From Schmidtea polychroa (Eukaryota), in the NCBI GenBank assembly GCA_044892525.1, contig CM097885.1, forward strand, positions 49,230,001-49,294,000: 64,000 nucleotides of DNA. The letters run 5' to 3'. The translations under genes were made by a program, and so were the position numbers. The notes under the pieces were generated by a model that saw nothing but the letters and a program-made list of their open reading frames with translations, was not told where the DNA came from and ran no database searches. This document shows, in pieces, positions 10,701 through 24,321 of the stretch (positions within the stretch are counted from its first letter, which is position 1; every line of letters starts with the position of its first letter).

Positions 10701-13700
10701 TATGAATGATTATATGCATATGATATATAAGAATGTATGGATTAGGGGGTTTATGAAAAAGTAAGCTACATATGATTCTGGTATTGAGTTGTCGATACAT
10801 ACAGTGTATGATAAGGAATGTTTACACCAATTATGCTCTACATGTAATACTTTCTACACATACCAAACCAAGGGTAGAGTACCCAAGGATGTTAAAAGGC
10901 GTCGGTAAAAGGAAAAGATTAAACCCTAAAAACGATTGAATAAACATTCAAATAAAAAATACGATAAGACTCGACAGATAACAAAGCACCAAACGATAAA
11001 TAAAGCAAGTGATAACCATGCCTTAGCTTCTGCAAATGTGAATCTGAGACGAACGACATTAAAGATAAAGAGATGAGTTTACCAGACGAAACGGAGCGAA
11101 TCAACAGATTCTACTGAAAGTAAAAGAAAGTGAAGACATGGAAAGACATCGAAACATCACGAATAGAAATAATAACTATATATCATCAACACCTAGAATG
11201 AACAAAAGCGTTAAGTAAAAGACCAAAAACAAGAACTAAACTTGTCTGTAAGATAGATGAAGGGATAAAACTCGCTGGTAACTCGAAAAATAAATCTGAA
11301 CCAAAGACAATCGAGAATAACTGTTAAAAAATAAAATCACAGTATAAAAATGGAGCAAAAATAAATCGAAATAAAATCTCCGTGACAAAGGCACGGGAGC
11401 TAAGTTAAAAGGCAGTGAAAAACTTTGCAAAATAGGCGAACATCACAGACACCAAGAGTACGTAGAAAATGAATTCTAAAACTTATGTAAACGACTCGGG
11501 AGAATAACAAAGTATATAGAGAAATCAATGAAAGTAAATATACAAGATACGAGAATAGCATGATGGATATCAACGAAAATGATCCAGCGAAAGAAACCAG
11601 GAAGCTCAAGGTTAGCCAAAGTAATATGAATATAAGAGACGGTTATACGCACGATGCTCATATTAATGACCGGAACGAACTATGAAAAATTATCCAACGT
11701 CAACAATAGAGAATGGGACACAATTAGAAGCAGACGGGTGAAATATACAGTAAATGAAAGAGTACAGAACACTAAACTAAGAACAGTGAAAAGAGATCTA
11801 GAAAGTATCACGAATTACGAACCCACATACATAGAAAGGGTTATGACTATATATAGTGTGAACAATGAATATATAAAGGTATATGATTATATAAAAATAT
11901 ATGTATATATATTAGCGCGGTATGATTAGTATATAACTTCGGGAAGTAAAATGAAATAAAATTCAGATAAAAGATTAGGAATCAATGTAGGTGAATTGAT
12001 AGAATGAGACGGATCACATTGGAAATCAATCCCAATACCACCACAGGAGAAATATGGAAGCAGAAAAGCGTCATATTATAGTAAATAACATTAGCTATAC
12101 AGAAGCAAGGAATCTCATGGAGGAACAATCTAATCGAAAATTTGAACAATGAATTTGTTCGTGAGAGAATAATCAAGGGCCAGAGAGGAAAAATTGAACT
12201 AAAGCGAAAAGAAATGGAACAACTCTAATGATAAAGTTAAATGCAAGAAATAAACTAATAAGAATAGTTGAGGAAATCAAGGAGAGAAAGATATGATAAA
12301 AATGCAACGGATAATATCAGACGTAAAAAGGAAACGGGAAAAGGAAAATGCAGGGAGCTGAAGATGAAATACAAATAGTTATAACAATTACAGCATTATA
12401 TTCATGGAAAATAGTCATGAAATGAAGCATTCAATATACCGAGATGGAGGTGGAATGAGTAGAAGAACACTTGTACCGGTGGTTTCTGTTGGTAAAGGAG
12501 AAAACCAACGAACTATTAGCATGGCCATAGCATTGAAAAGAGACAGTAATGGCAGAACTGAGTGCCAAAAAGAGGACTAATTGTATATAAATAATTGCAT
12601 ATATCGGTGTATACACCCCAACCAAAATGATATATAATAAAAGTAGAGGACCGATCACCGTAAACAAAGATAAAATAATGCGAAAACTCAAATTATTAAA
12701 ATCTACACTTATTTAAGAGTAAGGAAAATTAATCAGAGAAAATGGGCGTTTGGCAAATATGATAGAGAGGACACGAGAACAAAATACTGAGAACCGAGAG
12801 AACACATAATAATAAATAAAATAATGAATGTCGGGGACGACATTTTGCGAAGACGCGGAGGAAAAATGAGATCAAACTAGGACAACAACAAACGGCAGAT
12901 CAAGATGAAAGTCAAAATGGACATGAATAGTAATAGGAACAATCGGGAAAATTATACAAAAACATGATGGACAGAAAATGAAGAGCGCACATATAACAAA
13001 ATAGAATGTGAACAAATAAACACAATAAAAATGACAAGGAAAACACAAAACGAAATGAACAAACAGAAAACAACAAGTAACAAATTCACAGAAAGAAAGC
13101 AAGGGCAAAGACATTTGAATTAAAAATCAAAATTACGAGAAACAACAAATATAAAATGAAACGCGATACATTATAATAGAACAAAAGTGAAAGCTTAACA
13201 TCATGACACGGAAAATTAAAATAACGAGAGATACTAACAAAAATGAGACCAATTAGAAACATGGAACAAAAGTTTTAGTTATGGAAAACGAACATACTGC
13301 CTACTTTTACGATGGAACAAAAAGTTACAATAATGAAAAACGAACGAACTGTCTACTTTTATTACGAAACAAAAAGTTGCAATTGTGGGATTGAATAAAT
13401 TCAGAAACGATAAATGCAATAATATCAACCACTCCACGAACAGCTAGGGAGAAATGCGTACAGATGTAGATATCCAGATATAGGTGGATATGAGTATATG
13501 AATATATGTTTATGGATAAGGGTATATGTATAAGTATATGCGTGTATATGTAGACATAGATAAACAATTAAATGAGATAATGAAAATAAATGACCAATCA
13601 AAGTTACGCGCCAAAAGTAAAATATCAAATAGACGCGGAAATAAGTTAAAAACATAAAATATAGGGGGTGGAACAAAGAGGCCCATAAACAGAAAAACAA

Positions 13701-14478
13701 CAAACAAATTTTGAAAACGTAAAATATACGAAATGAGAAACATTATGACGGGGAAATCAGTGAGAGGTAACATAAAAAATCAAAGTTGAGGAAAATATAC
13801 AAATACGGAAGCGATAAATTACAAAATTGAGCAGGGATGTTTCGTAAATAAATCATTAACGAATAGAAGGGTAACGAATAAAATGGATAAACAAATATTA
13901 ACGAGTGATGCGAGAGGGATCTGCCTGAGGAAATAGTGGACATATTAACAAGAAACAAGTCAACCGAAGCGGTGAGAGTAAAAGCGATAGCAATAAAACG
14001 TTAACTGGATAAGAGACGTGGGTATATTTAGAATAATGAAGAAGGACCAAGAGTAATCGAGATAAGTTGATTAAGAGCACTGCGTATAAACGAGAATAAA
14101 GTATTACGAAAATTGAGAGTAAATGAATAAGAAAAAAATTTTTTTGCTGTTAGGATTTAGGAAATCCACAACCTATGAGCTACGCTCAGCGTAGTACGGA
14201 TAAGGCCCAGGAAAGTACCAACTGTACTGACGAAAGATGTGGAACAGGGCCCATCGCATATACTGGAACATCTCTGCGTGTGACTGATCACCACACGATC
14301 GGAGATCGACCAGTGCGAGTGTTTCACATCCAGAGTCAGGAGAGTGGGGAAAACCTGGAAGAGTAGTAAAAAAGAAGCATGCAGGAGAAATAAAAGGAAG
14401 ACCAAGTAACTGGAAAAAGACAAAGCGAAGTAAAGAGAAACAATTAGAGCTTAAAGATTAAATTCATAGGATAACCAG

Positions 14479-15097
14479 TAGACGAATAATAGATGCGAAT
14501 AATAGACGCGAATAATAGATGCGAATAATAGATGCGAATAATAGATGCGAATAATAGATGCGAATAATAGATGCGAATAATAGCTGCGAATAATAGATGC
14601 GAATAATAGATGCGAATAATAGATGCGAATAATAGATGCGAATAATAGATGCGAATAATAGATGCGAATAATAGATGCGAATAATAGATGCGAATAATAG
14701 ATGCGAATAATAGATGCGAATAATAGATGCGAATAATAGATGCGAATAATAGATGCGAATAATAGATGCGAATAATAGATGCGAATAATAGATGCGAATA
14801 ATAGCTGCGAATAATAGATGCGAATAATAGATGCGAATAATAGATGCGAATAATAGATGCGAATAATAGATGCGAATAATAGATGCGAATAATAGATGCG
14901 AATAATAGATGCGAATAATAGATGCGAATAATAGATGCGAATAATAGATGCGAATAATAGATGCGAATAATAGATGCGAATAATAGAGGCGAATAATAGA
15001 TGTGAATAATAGATGCGAATAATAGATGCGAATAATAGATGCGAATAATAGATGCAAATAATAGATGCGAATAATAGATGCGAATAATAGATACGAA
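14479..15097. repeat. 13-bp minisatellite (AGATGCGAATAAT)n, roughly 45-48 copies
   Basis: Directly visible. It produces the spurious minus-strand repeat ORFs at 14451-15387. Confidence 0.95.
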
Positions 15098-15679
15098 TAT
15101 AAATGAGAATAATGGCTACGAATAGAAACGGAAATAACAGACGTGAATATAGACGAGAATGTAAAAGGAAAGATAAACGAGAATATAGATGAGTACCTGG
15201 AAAAAACATAGACGAGAATATAAACGAGAATACGGCCGAAGTCATTGACGGATATATAACTGAAAATAAATAAGATTGTGAAGGAAAAAGACGAAAAACG
15301 AATTGAAAATAGACAACCATGTAGGAGAATAGATGAGGATATAGAATGGATAATGGAGAATCGAGTTAAGAATAATTTGAGGACCAATGTGTAAACAAAA
15401 ATAACGACGAAATGAATATTAAGATATGCCGGTACCCAAAGAAACCAAAGTAAAAATATTGCAATTACACTATATAATATATATATTATAATTTATAAAT
15501 ATAATAAACGATAGGGAGAAGTGATATTTTTCTATTCAGGTAAATCAAGCAAACAAGCCAACAGCCAAGTATCAGCAATCAAATAGAAGTTATTGTCAAA
15601 TAATTAAGCCAAGTTCAGAAATATTGAACCAATAACAAAGCATACCAGATCAAAACAGCTAATAATAGAACCAAGTTTA

Positions 15680-18241
15680 TTGAAAGAAGAAGAATTAAAA
15701 GTAGCAAAGAAAGGAAGACGAACTATTAAACCCACGCAAGCACAAGAAATCGAAAAGCAAAATCAAAAAGACATCTCAAAGACCAAAAGTCGATCCATAA
15801 AAGGAAGCAGTGAAAAGGATTTCGAAAACAATAGGCCAAGAAGCGTAATACGCGTATCAGAACCTCAGGAAGGAAAAACTCTATCTGAAAACAGAAATAA
15901 TAAAAGTGACATAAACCTAATAAAAGAAAAGACAAACGGAAAAAGAATACAATTAGAGATGGTAGATACAACAGCCCAAATGGAAGCGATCAACAAGAGA
16001 CTCAGTGAAATGGAGATACCCAATTTCCAGGGAAAATATAATGGCGAAAAATACGACGGAAAACCGAACAAACTATCAAACTTTATCCAACATTTTGAAT
16101 CTTATTGCGATGCTCTAAAATGGACAAACGAAATGATGGTGAGAAGACTCCCACTATATCTAGCAGATGACGCGTTTAATTGGTACGTCGGAATAAAAGA
16201 GTGTACAACCCCACTAAAAACCTGGAAAGAAATTAAGGAAGCTCTGATAAAAACATTTGGAGAAGCAAAAGATGCACAATACAAATTTCTAGAATTCTTC
16301 AATCGAGGACAAGCAGTGAATGAATCAAATATACTTTACGCAAGCGCACTAAGACGTCTAGCCAAACCGCTGTTCAGTGAAAAGGATATGGAAACACAAC
16401 TAGTAACCCAATTTGTAAAAGGATTGCGACGAGATGACATTAAAGGTGTAGTCGGATGCAAAATCTGCAAGACGCTGGACGAAGCAGTAGAGGCAGCGAA
16501 TGTAAGCGAAATGTATACCAAAGTAACACAGCCGCCAAGTAGGAGGCCTATCGCAGATAATCAACCCCAACACCACAGACAGTGGAGTCATAACAACAAT
16601 AATCAAAGAAACGAAAATGACAACAAAAGCAAGAGGTTGAATCATAGAAACATTGGAAAATTTTGTGATGACTGCAAGAGACAAGGACACTGGCTCGATG
16701 AATGTCATGGGCAAAGAAGATGTTGGAATTGCGGTAAGAAAGGACATACCGCAGTAAAATGTGGAGTATCCAAAAAATGTTTCTCGTGCGGACAAGGAGA
16801 CCATCTAGAAGTTGCATGTACGAATAAAAGAAACCAACAATGGAGTGACAATAGGGATACGGCAGCAAAGCAACTAGCTGAAATACAAAATCAAATAACA
16901 ATTCTCACAGGACTGTGCAGTAACATGATCGATTATCAGTTTCAAGCGGAAGGAAAACAACAATCAAGAATAAATGTATTACAATGTGTGGGAGGCACAT
17001 TACAAATTCACAATATCCGAACAAAACAACAACGAGAATGGAATACCTTACAGATCGCGGAAGCACGAGAAGCGGAAGAAAGATGGAGTAAACGAAAAGA
17101 ACCTCGGGCAAGAAGAGAAGAAAAATATTGGAGAACGAGAAAGGAAGAACTTTTAAAAATGGATATAATGAGACTAACCACCAACGACAACCAGAAGGAA
17201 AAGATAGAAAGAATGTGGGAAAGAGAACAAAAAAGAGTAATACAAATCAATATGATGAGAATGATAACGAGCAACGAAATAGATTTACAAAAGATTCCGG
17301 ACTCAAGGATCGAAAGCGAAATAATTGAAAAACTGGAACAGGTAATATTAGACCATCAAAACATCAAACCATTTGAGGACAATCAGAGAGATTATACCGG
17401 CATCGATAGTCAGGTTGGAATTGCAGTAATCCCGGAAAAGCGCGAATCGGAGAATGGCGAAAATCACGAAAAACGAAATAATGAAAAAACGCAAGAAAAG
17501 TACCATGACATAAACACGTTAAAAACTGAAAGCGAGTGCGAACCAGATATCGAATGGGACGCAAGTACAAACAATTACGGGAACGAATACCAACCACAAG
17601 GACATAATGAGCGCTATCGGTTCTTCGATAAGACGCATGGGAATTGTCAGAAAAATGAGCACGGAAAAAATAAATGTCGCCGCATAAAAAGGTGTTACGA
17701 ATGTAAAAGAACTGGACATTTGGTCAATAACTGTCCGAATGGGACCAATCCAGTGAGAGATCAGTCACGAGAATACGCCACAGAACAAAACAATAAAAAC
17801 TATGTCGAAAACAGAATTTGTCAGCCAGGGATACGAAAACATCAATCTCCAATGTTAATAAAACAACAGTCGACAAATGTACAGAGACGGACAAATGACG
17901 TGAAGGAACAGGTGAAACCCAACGCATACGAGGAATTGAGGAGACAATGTGTGGAACAGTGCAGGTTAATAATGGAACTGGTTGTAAAAGAAACGAGACA
18001 GGATGAATTGATAATGATATGGAGAAAAGTTGCAGAAAATAAAACAAGAGAAAATGAGGTACTTAAGACAACGATACTCCGACTAAAAGAAGAAGCAAGG
18101 TCAGCCGAATTAAGAATCAATGAAATAACGAGTAATCGAAAAAAATGCAAAGATGGGGCAGAAGAGACACAAATGGTGACGGCCAAGGAAAAGAAGAAGG
18201 GTAGTCCAAAGGATGTGGCGGAAATTAAAGAGGAAGTGTAG
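15680..18241 (+). CDS. gag: Gag-like protein: capsid domain, four CCHC zinc knuckles and a coiled-coil C-terminus
   Basis: KYDGKPNKLSNFIQHFESYC...LPLYLADDAFNWY...QFVKGL capsid-type motifs. Knuckles CDDCKRQGHWLDEC, CWNCGKKGHTAVKC, CFSCGQGDHLEVAC and CYECKRTGHLVNNC. True start uncertain (TTG in track; first ATG at ~15959). Confidence 0.88.
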   Translation: MKEEELKVAKKGRRTIKPTQAQEIEKQNQKDISKTKSRSIKGSSEKDFENNRPRSVIRVSEPQEGKTLSENRNNKSDINLIKEKTNGKRIQLEMVDTTAQMEAINKRLSEMEIPNFQGKYNGEKYDGKPNKLSNFIQHFESYCDALKWTNEMMVRRLPLYLADDAFNWYVGIKECTTPLKTWKEIKEALIKTFGEAKDAQYKFLEFFNRGQAVNESNILYASALRRLAKPLFSEKDMETQLVTQFVKGLRRDDIKGVVGCKICKTLDEAVEAANVSEMYTKVTQPPSRRPIADNQPQHHRQWSHNNNNQRNENDNKSKRLNHRNIGKFCDDCKRQGHWLDECHGQRRCWNCGKKGHTAVKCGVSKKCFSCGQGDHLEVACTNKRNQQWSDNRDTAAKQLAEIQNQITILTGLCSNMIDYQFQAEGKQQSRINVLQCVGGTLQIHNIRTKQQREWNTLQIAEAREAEERWSKRKEPRARREEKYWRTRKEELLKMDIMRLTTNDNQKEKIERMWEREQKRVIQINMMRMITSNEIDLQKIPDSRIESEIIEKLEQVILDHQNIKPFEDNQRDYTGIDSQVGIAVIPEKRESENGENHEKRNNEKTQEKYHDINTLKTESECEPDIEWDASTNNYGNEYQPQGHNERYRFFDKTHGNCQKNEHGKNKCRRIKRCYECKRTGHLVNNCPNGTNPVRDQSREYATEQNNKNYVENRICQPGIRKHQSPMLIKQQSTNVQRRTNDVKEQVKPNAYEELRRQCVEQCRLIMELVVKETRQDELIMIWRKVAENKTRENEVLKTTILRLKEEARSAELRINEITSNRKKCKDGAEETQMVTAKEKKKGSPKDVAEIKEEV

Positions 18242-19271
18242 ATGAAAATAGTAAAAAGGAAGTGAACATATGTAAAAATTGATGTATAAATAGCAAATTA
18301 AATGTACTAGATGTATAGGTATAAATTGATGTATAATGTGGCAAAAGATCGATGTATAAATAGAAATGGATCAAGTAATCAGTTGGAAAAATACTAAATT
18401 TGAACCCTTACAATGGTAAAGGAGAACAGAGGCTCAAATGAGAAGAAAGAATATAAATCCAGAAGAAAGATAAAAGTGCAAACCCAGAAAGAATGAGTTA
18501 AACGAATATCGAAAAGTAATATCTAATTTGGAACCCAAAACTAAGGAGAACGGTAAAAGATCCTGATAAATGAGACGAAAGTCACAGCCCCAGTGACATT
18601 GGAAAGTTAGTCAAATAAAGCTAACTAAGACCCAGATCGAAGATAATTTGAGTTACCCATTGGAGAAAGAAAATCCCTTAATAAGAGCAATACCGTAAAC
18701 AAAAACCACCGAGAAAAACCAAAAGAAAAATCTATGTGTCAAATCACCCAGTTAAACAAAAGTCCCGAAGACCCTGGAGCAAGGTCGGTCAACTACCATC
18801 AAATGATCCAGAAAACCGGAATCCCAGCCTAAAAATTCAAAGAGAATCCGGGAAAACAGTCAAACCCCGATAGGAAGAATCCTATGATCTTCGGTAAGTA
18901 TTACGAGCTAATTATGAAAATCAACAACAGGAGTCAAACATGCCTACAAAACCGAGCCGAAAGATCAAAAACCGAGCCCAGAACCGAGGGAAACAACCAA
19001 CTGATGAATTTATCCAGAAATAAAACTTTTGCATATGACTCGTACTTGAGTTTGGACACTGTATCAGTATGTATATGTATTATGACCAGTCACTGTATGT
19101 GGCAACTGCTTGAATTTGAGCTTAGACCTTTTTCTGCTAATTGAATTCTAACATGTCTTAAGCTATTATAGTATGTTTATAGGTTAATGGGAATGTAATA
19201 GACTATGACCTGGGAAATTCATATGTCTAACAGAATTGCGGGACGCAATTTTAACGGGTCCCGGAGTGATT

Positions 19272-20833
19272 TGTTGGGCTGAAGCCGAGAACTGAGAGTT
19301 TGTTTTAATCGATCGAAAATACCTAACACAAAAACCGCAAAGTTGGAAAATTTATGACCAAGGTTTAATTTAAAATAAATGAAATAAATTACATCACACA
19401 TTAAGAACCAATAAACCCCGTATAATAGAATAAGAGATAAATAAATTTAACAAAAAATTCAACACTTAAAAATTTAAATAGAAAAATAATAAAATATAAA
19501 ATAGAATTAGTTGAAAATTATTTAAACAATATAAAAATTAAATCGTCAAAAATAATAAAATTAGTTAGCATTAGATAAATTGTAAAGTTTATAGAATTAA
19601 ATGGTTATTTAACTTATTAAATTTAAAGAATAAAAATGTTTAAATTAATAAAAATTAATATAACTCAAATTATTTAAATTATAAAATTTATAAAATTAAA
19701 ATTAATAAAAATTAAATAAGAAATTAATTAAATTTATTGAATTAAAACAAATAAACAATTGCACACACTCATGCATGTATGCAAGACTAATTAAAAATTT
19801 CTCGCACTCTGATTGGATAGAGTGGCAGCAAATGCATGAAAAATCAGTATAAATACTGATCACAAATTCATTTAAAAAACCTTTTTCTCTAACATCAAAA
19901 TTTAGTTGTAGACAGTGAAGCTCTCAGTTTTCGATTTTATGCCAACGTGGATTTGGTAATTTATTTTTTATTGTTGTAGTAATTTTACGAGATGATTTAA
20001 TTTAATATGCAATAAAAATTTTAGTTAAATTTTCTTTTGATATTTTCTTTTAATTGTTTAATTTCATTTAGTTGCAGGTATTAAATAATAATTTTTATTG
20101 TGTTCAATTTTTATACTAACTGATTACGAACGTTAGTACCGCTGAATTGAGATTCAGCATATCATGGTTTGAGGTACCTTCGGGATGCTCAGACTGGTGG
20201 GTATGCTGGTTTTTCAATCGCGCAGCTGGATTGGGCCGGAATGTGGGGGCTTCCTCACGGGTCCTATCGCTGGAAGTACTGTGATCAAATGTAGGTTAGG
20301 ACTGAGAATACAGGCAGATCCCTGCTCAAATTTTTTGAAGGAAAATTTAAATATTATGGGAAGCGTGGATTAATAGAAAAATAAGGGCCGATCCCTGCTC
20401 AAATTTTTTGCGAGATAGGTTAAATATTCATAAATATCAAGGAAAATACCTAGCAACATTTATTAATAGAAGAATAAGGGCGCATCCCTGCTAAAAATTT
20501 TGAAAAGAAATAATAGAAAACATCTAGGAATGAGGACCATAACCGAATGAAATAGAAAAGTAGAAATAGAAAATGATCAATGACGTAAGACCTTCTATCG
20601 GCCGTCTAGAACCCGAAGAGAAAATACAATGAGGAGTAGTTTTAGTAATAGAGCTCACCTGCTCATTGTTTTTTTCGCCTTTGTGTGCAGTACCAACATG
20701 GTCGTCGCCATGGGTACACAAATGGTTAAAGTACAATAGTCATGGAGGTGCTTAGGAAAGAGTCGAGTGAATATATATGATTACCCCTAATGCATTTAAA
20801 AATTTAAAACGACACACCCCTAAGTAACCAACA
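19272..20833 (+). repeat. 3' LTR (1562 bp)
   Basis: Direct repeat of 6128-7689. Preceded by the hairpin AATTGCG-GGA-CGCAATT (19234-19250) and only a weak purine tract. Confidence 0.95.
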
Positions 20834-20864
20834 AAATATTAAATTTTTTGCAATTGTTAATTAA

Positions 20865-23446
20865 CCCTTAGTAGCCTGATTTACGAAAGTGATTTTTTTT
20901 AATATTATTGTGTTGACTTGTGGGTCTAAATGAAGGGAAAAATAGCTTAAAAAATCACAATATTTATTTTACATATTTATTTAGAAAAAAAACCATGTAT
21001 CAATTTTGATACTTCAGGCTTTAAGGCCATAAAGAAATCAGATATACCTATGCATGAAATAATGCGAAACATTGATTGTTTTTATTATCGCATAACGACA
21101 CTTTACACTTTTTACAGAACCAGGAGGTAAGTTTCCTACAATTATTAAATTTAAACTTATTTCTAGAATTCATAAAATTTTTCCTGACCAATACAATCGT
21201 AACGCACGTCAGTAGAGGGTAATACTTGTACACCTGTCCGGGGTCTTTTAGAAGGTACTGTAGTGTCTTTCGACTGTTGGTACTGGGTCTTCCCCTTTTA
21301 TTTTTCGAGTGACTTTGATATCTACATAAAGTATCGGCAGGCTCAGTTCTAAAATCTGCTAACTTCATAATATTCTTCTGAAGTTTTCCTTTCAATGTGT
21401 TTACCTTTTTGTATAGTACCCAAGCATTGATGACAGTCATGTCTAACAAGTGATAGAAGAGCCTCGTTGTCCACTTTCTCGACTTTATGCGGATGCGATA
21501 TCGACCAATGAAGCTATCCATCAAATCAACGCCGCCCATGTGTGTATTATATTCTTTTATGACCCGAGGACATGATACTTGAATATTGGCCTTTAATTTT
21601 TTTTCGTAGTGGGTTATAGTATCCGCTGGTTCAGCGCCAACATACGTGGAAAGTAATAGTACTTGTTTGTTGTCTTTCCAACTTGTGGCCGAAAATTCTT
21701 GGCCTTCGTGAGAGGCCACATTTTCGTGATATGTTCCTCTGGGTACGTTAGACTTCATAATTTCCCGTTTCTCCGGCAACTTGCACGACTTTCCAAGCCT
21801 GTTTCTCTGTACTGTTCCAAGACAATAAATACCTTCGTTGGTCAAGTAATGTAGCAGAGGAATATTCGTATAAAAATTTTCAAAATAAGTTATATGATTG
21901 ACGTGCCTTGGTACTGGTCGTAACAATCAAATAACTGTATTCTATACAGCTCTGAGGTCTGGCTCGCCAGGTAAACGGTCTATATCCTTAGCTCCTGAGT
22001 AAATCTCAAAACTGTAGGCATACTTAGACAGAGAGCATAAAACGTATAATTTGAATCCCTACTTATGGGGCTTGTTGGGTAAGTATTGTTTCATAAAATG
22101 TTTAATTTTAGTGGAACACATTTGCTCGTCTAGTGATAGACGATGCTCAAATGGTACAGTAATAAATTTCTTGTTCAAATAGTCTATCACTGGTCTTACT
22201 TTATGCAGTCGGTCGTGCTGGGGATGATCAATGGGCAAATGTTTAGAGTCGTCATTCATGTGAAAAATTTGTCGAATTTTATCAAATCTGTTGCGATTCA
22301 TTGTTTGTGCTATGGGTTCAAACTTTGTAATGTTTGACCAGTATGACCTGACACTGGGATAATGATATACACTAGTAAAAATAAGATTTCCAATAAATTT
22401 ACGTAATTCTAAGACAGTTACAGGTTCTGTAAAGTTGGGATTCTTTTGGAAGGCATATTTATTTGACTCGTCCACTAGAAATCTTAAAATTTCTTCACCG
22501 AAAAAATAAGAAAAAAACTGAAAAGGAGTGTCTAAGTTCATAGTTTCTTGTGAATACTCAGTGTTTCCAGCAAACTGGGAAGCATTTTGGACTATGTCCA
22601 TATTCTTGACTCTCCACACTAAGTTTCTAGAGTTGAAAGGTGCAGTTTGCAGGTTGTTTTGGAAGCTAATTGTAGGAGTTGGGCTACGTTCAACAGTCTC
22701 TAAATTATGTTGCATGTCGGTATCTACGTTTGCTGCAGGCGGATCTGCATCCAAGTTTGAGTCAGTGGGAAAATTACCTACATCCTCTTCATCTTCTAGC
22801 TCTATCAGGCGATCTCTTTGGATCGAATAATAGTCTATGTCATCTTCATTGTCGGTGGAATCGTCTTCCGAAATTTCACCATTTTCTAACCGCTTCAATA
22901 TTCTCTTCATCTCTTCTGGTCGCATTTTTGATAAATTTCTATAATAAAATAAAAATAAAAGTAATTCCAACACCAAGCTATGCAGAAAAATAATGAAACG
23001 GAAGATCAAAAAGTTTTTATAGCTAAAGAATTAGTAGGTAGGTTTTATGTAGGGCGGAATGCCTGAAGTATCAAAATTGATACTCACACAAATAGCAATA
23101 GTTTCTTCAAGTAAAACATGCACTCGCAAAAAGTAATTATATCATAGCGAAAATAATATATTCACTTACCTCAAAAGTATTTATATTCTTCAGAAAAAGA
23201 AAATATATCAAATTTGTATTCAACAAAACTTTTAGTAAAATGTGTTTACTTGTTCACTTTGCCGCACAAGTAAATTGTCATAGATAAAATAAGACTATAA
23301 TGACATTTGTTTTTTTTTAATTTCGTTGGAAAGAATATTATACAACAGTAAAATACGAACAGCCAACCTATAAAAAAAACTAATAGTAATGTGAACATTC
23401 GGTTTAAAAGATTGTTATCAAAATTGAAACTCTTGGTTATTAAGGG
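20865..23446 (-). mobile_element. piggyBac DNA transposon
   Basis: TTAA at both ends (20861-20864, 23447-23450). Imperfect TIRs CCCTTAGTAGCC / GGTTATTAAGGG. Perfect 23-bp subterminal inverted repeat at 20997-21019 / 23061-23083. Confidence 0.9.
21048..22926 (-). pseudogene. piggyBac transposase, interrupted
   Basis: SLDEQM, MKQYLPNKPHK*, WKDNKQV and YNTHMGGVDLMD motifs plus a Cys-rich C-terminus. Stop at 22059 and frameshifts. Confidence 0.9.
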
Positions 23447-24156
23447 TTAAAACAATTTATTTGAAATTAACAAAATTAAAAATATTAAATTTGCAACAGA
23501 TTTTTCAGATTATATGGATTATCAAAGACAGTGGTAAATAATAAATGTCATTTATATCATTTAATCCAAGAAACAGTTAAAATATTGCAATAAACAATTT
23601 GGATAACAAGTTAATTAAGAAATCTTGAACAGTGAGATGCGTTTTATAAGAAATAATTGTTAATAAAATCGTTTCTTGCATTTTACAACGTACTGTTTGC
23701 GGTTGCTGTCCACGAGCACTCGCTTTCCACCAATAAAATAAATTGGGCAATAATAACCGGATAAGCATTCGCAAAGCACATGGCCATCGTAAATTTTCCC
23801 GTCCCGTCGTGCTACTTCCGAATAACACGGAGAATCAATTGCTTCACAGGGACTCTAAAAACTTAATTGAGTTTCATTTCACGTACAAGCTTACCAATGA
23901 TTCACATGAGAATGACAGCAGACGTCCGAGGAAACGTTTTTCTTTCGGATGAACTCCACGTGAATATTCATAATATTTTATGTCTGCAATATTTGAACAA
24001 ATACAATAAACTGAATCCAACATCAACCATGTTCCCCGTTGTACTAATTTATATGCTATTTCGTTTTCTGTTCTGCAATATTGGTGAAAGTGATAATAGA
24101 CATTATTACAAAAATGCATCTGGAAGCGATACGATCTCATATCTATAATATTGACG

Positions 24157-24321
<165 letters not shown>

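Larger units (their letters stand above)
6128..20833 (+). mobile_element. Complete non-autonomous (gag-only) Gypsy-like LTR retrotransposon, 14.7 kb
   Basis: Direct repeats 6128-7689 and 19272-20833 with TG...CA ends, 4-bp TSD AAAT (6124-6127 and 20834-20837), PBS at 7697 and a gag ORF. No PR/RT/RH/IN ORF in the track. Confidence 0.92.

Noticed and set aside
14451..15387. 289-aa and 307-aa minus-strand ORFs, or a CRISPR-like array
   Set aside because: They are translations of a 13-bp tandem repeat with no unique spacers.
15726..18186. Multiple minus-strand ORFs over gag, and antisense ORFs over the pPolB genes
   Set aside because: Shadow ORFs of the real coding strand.
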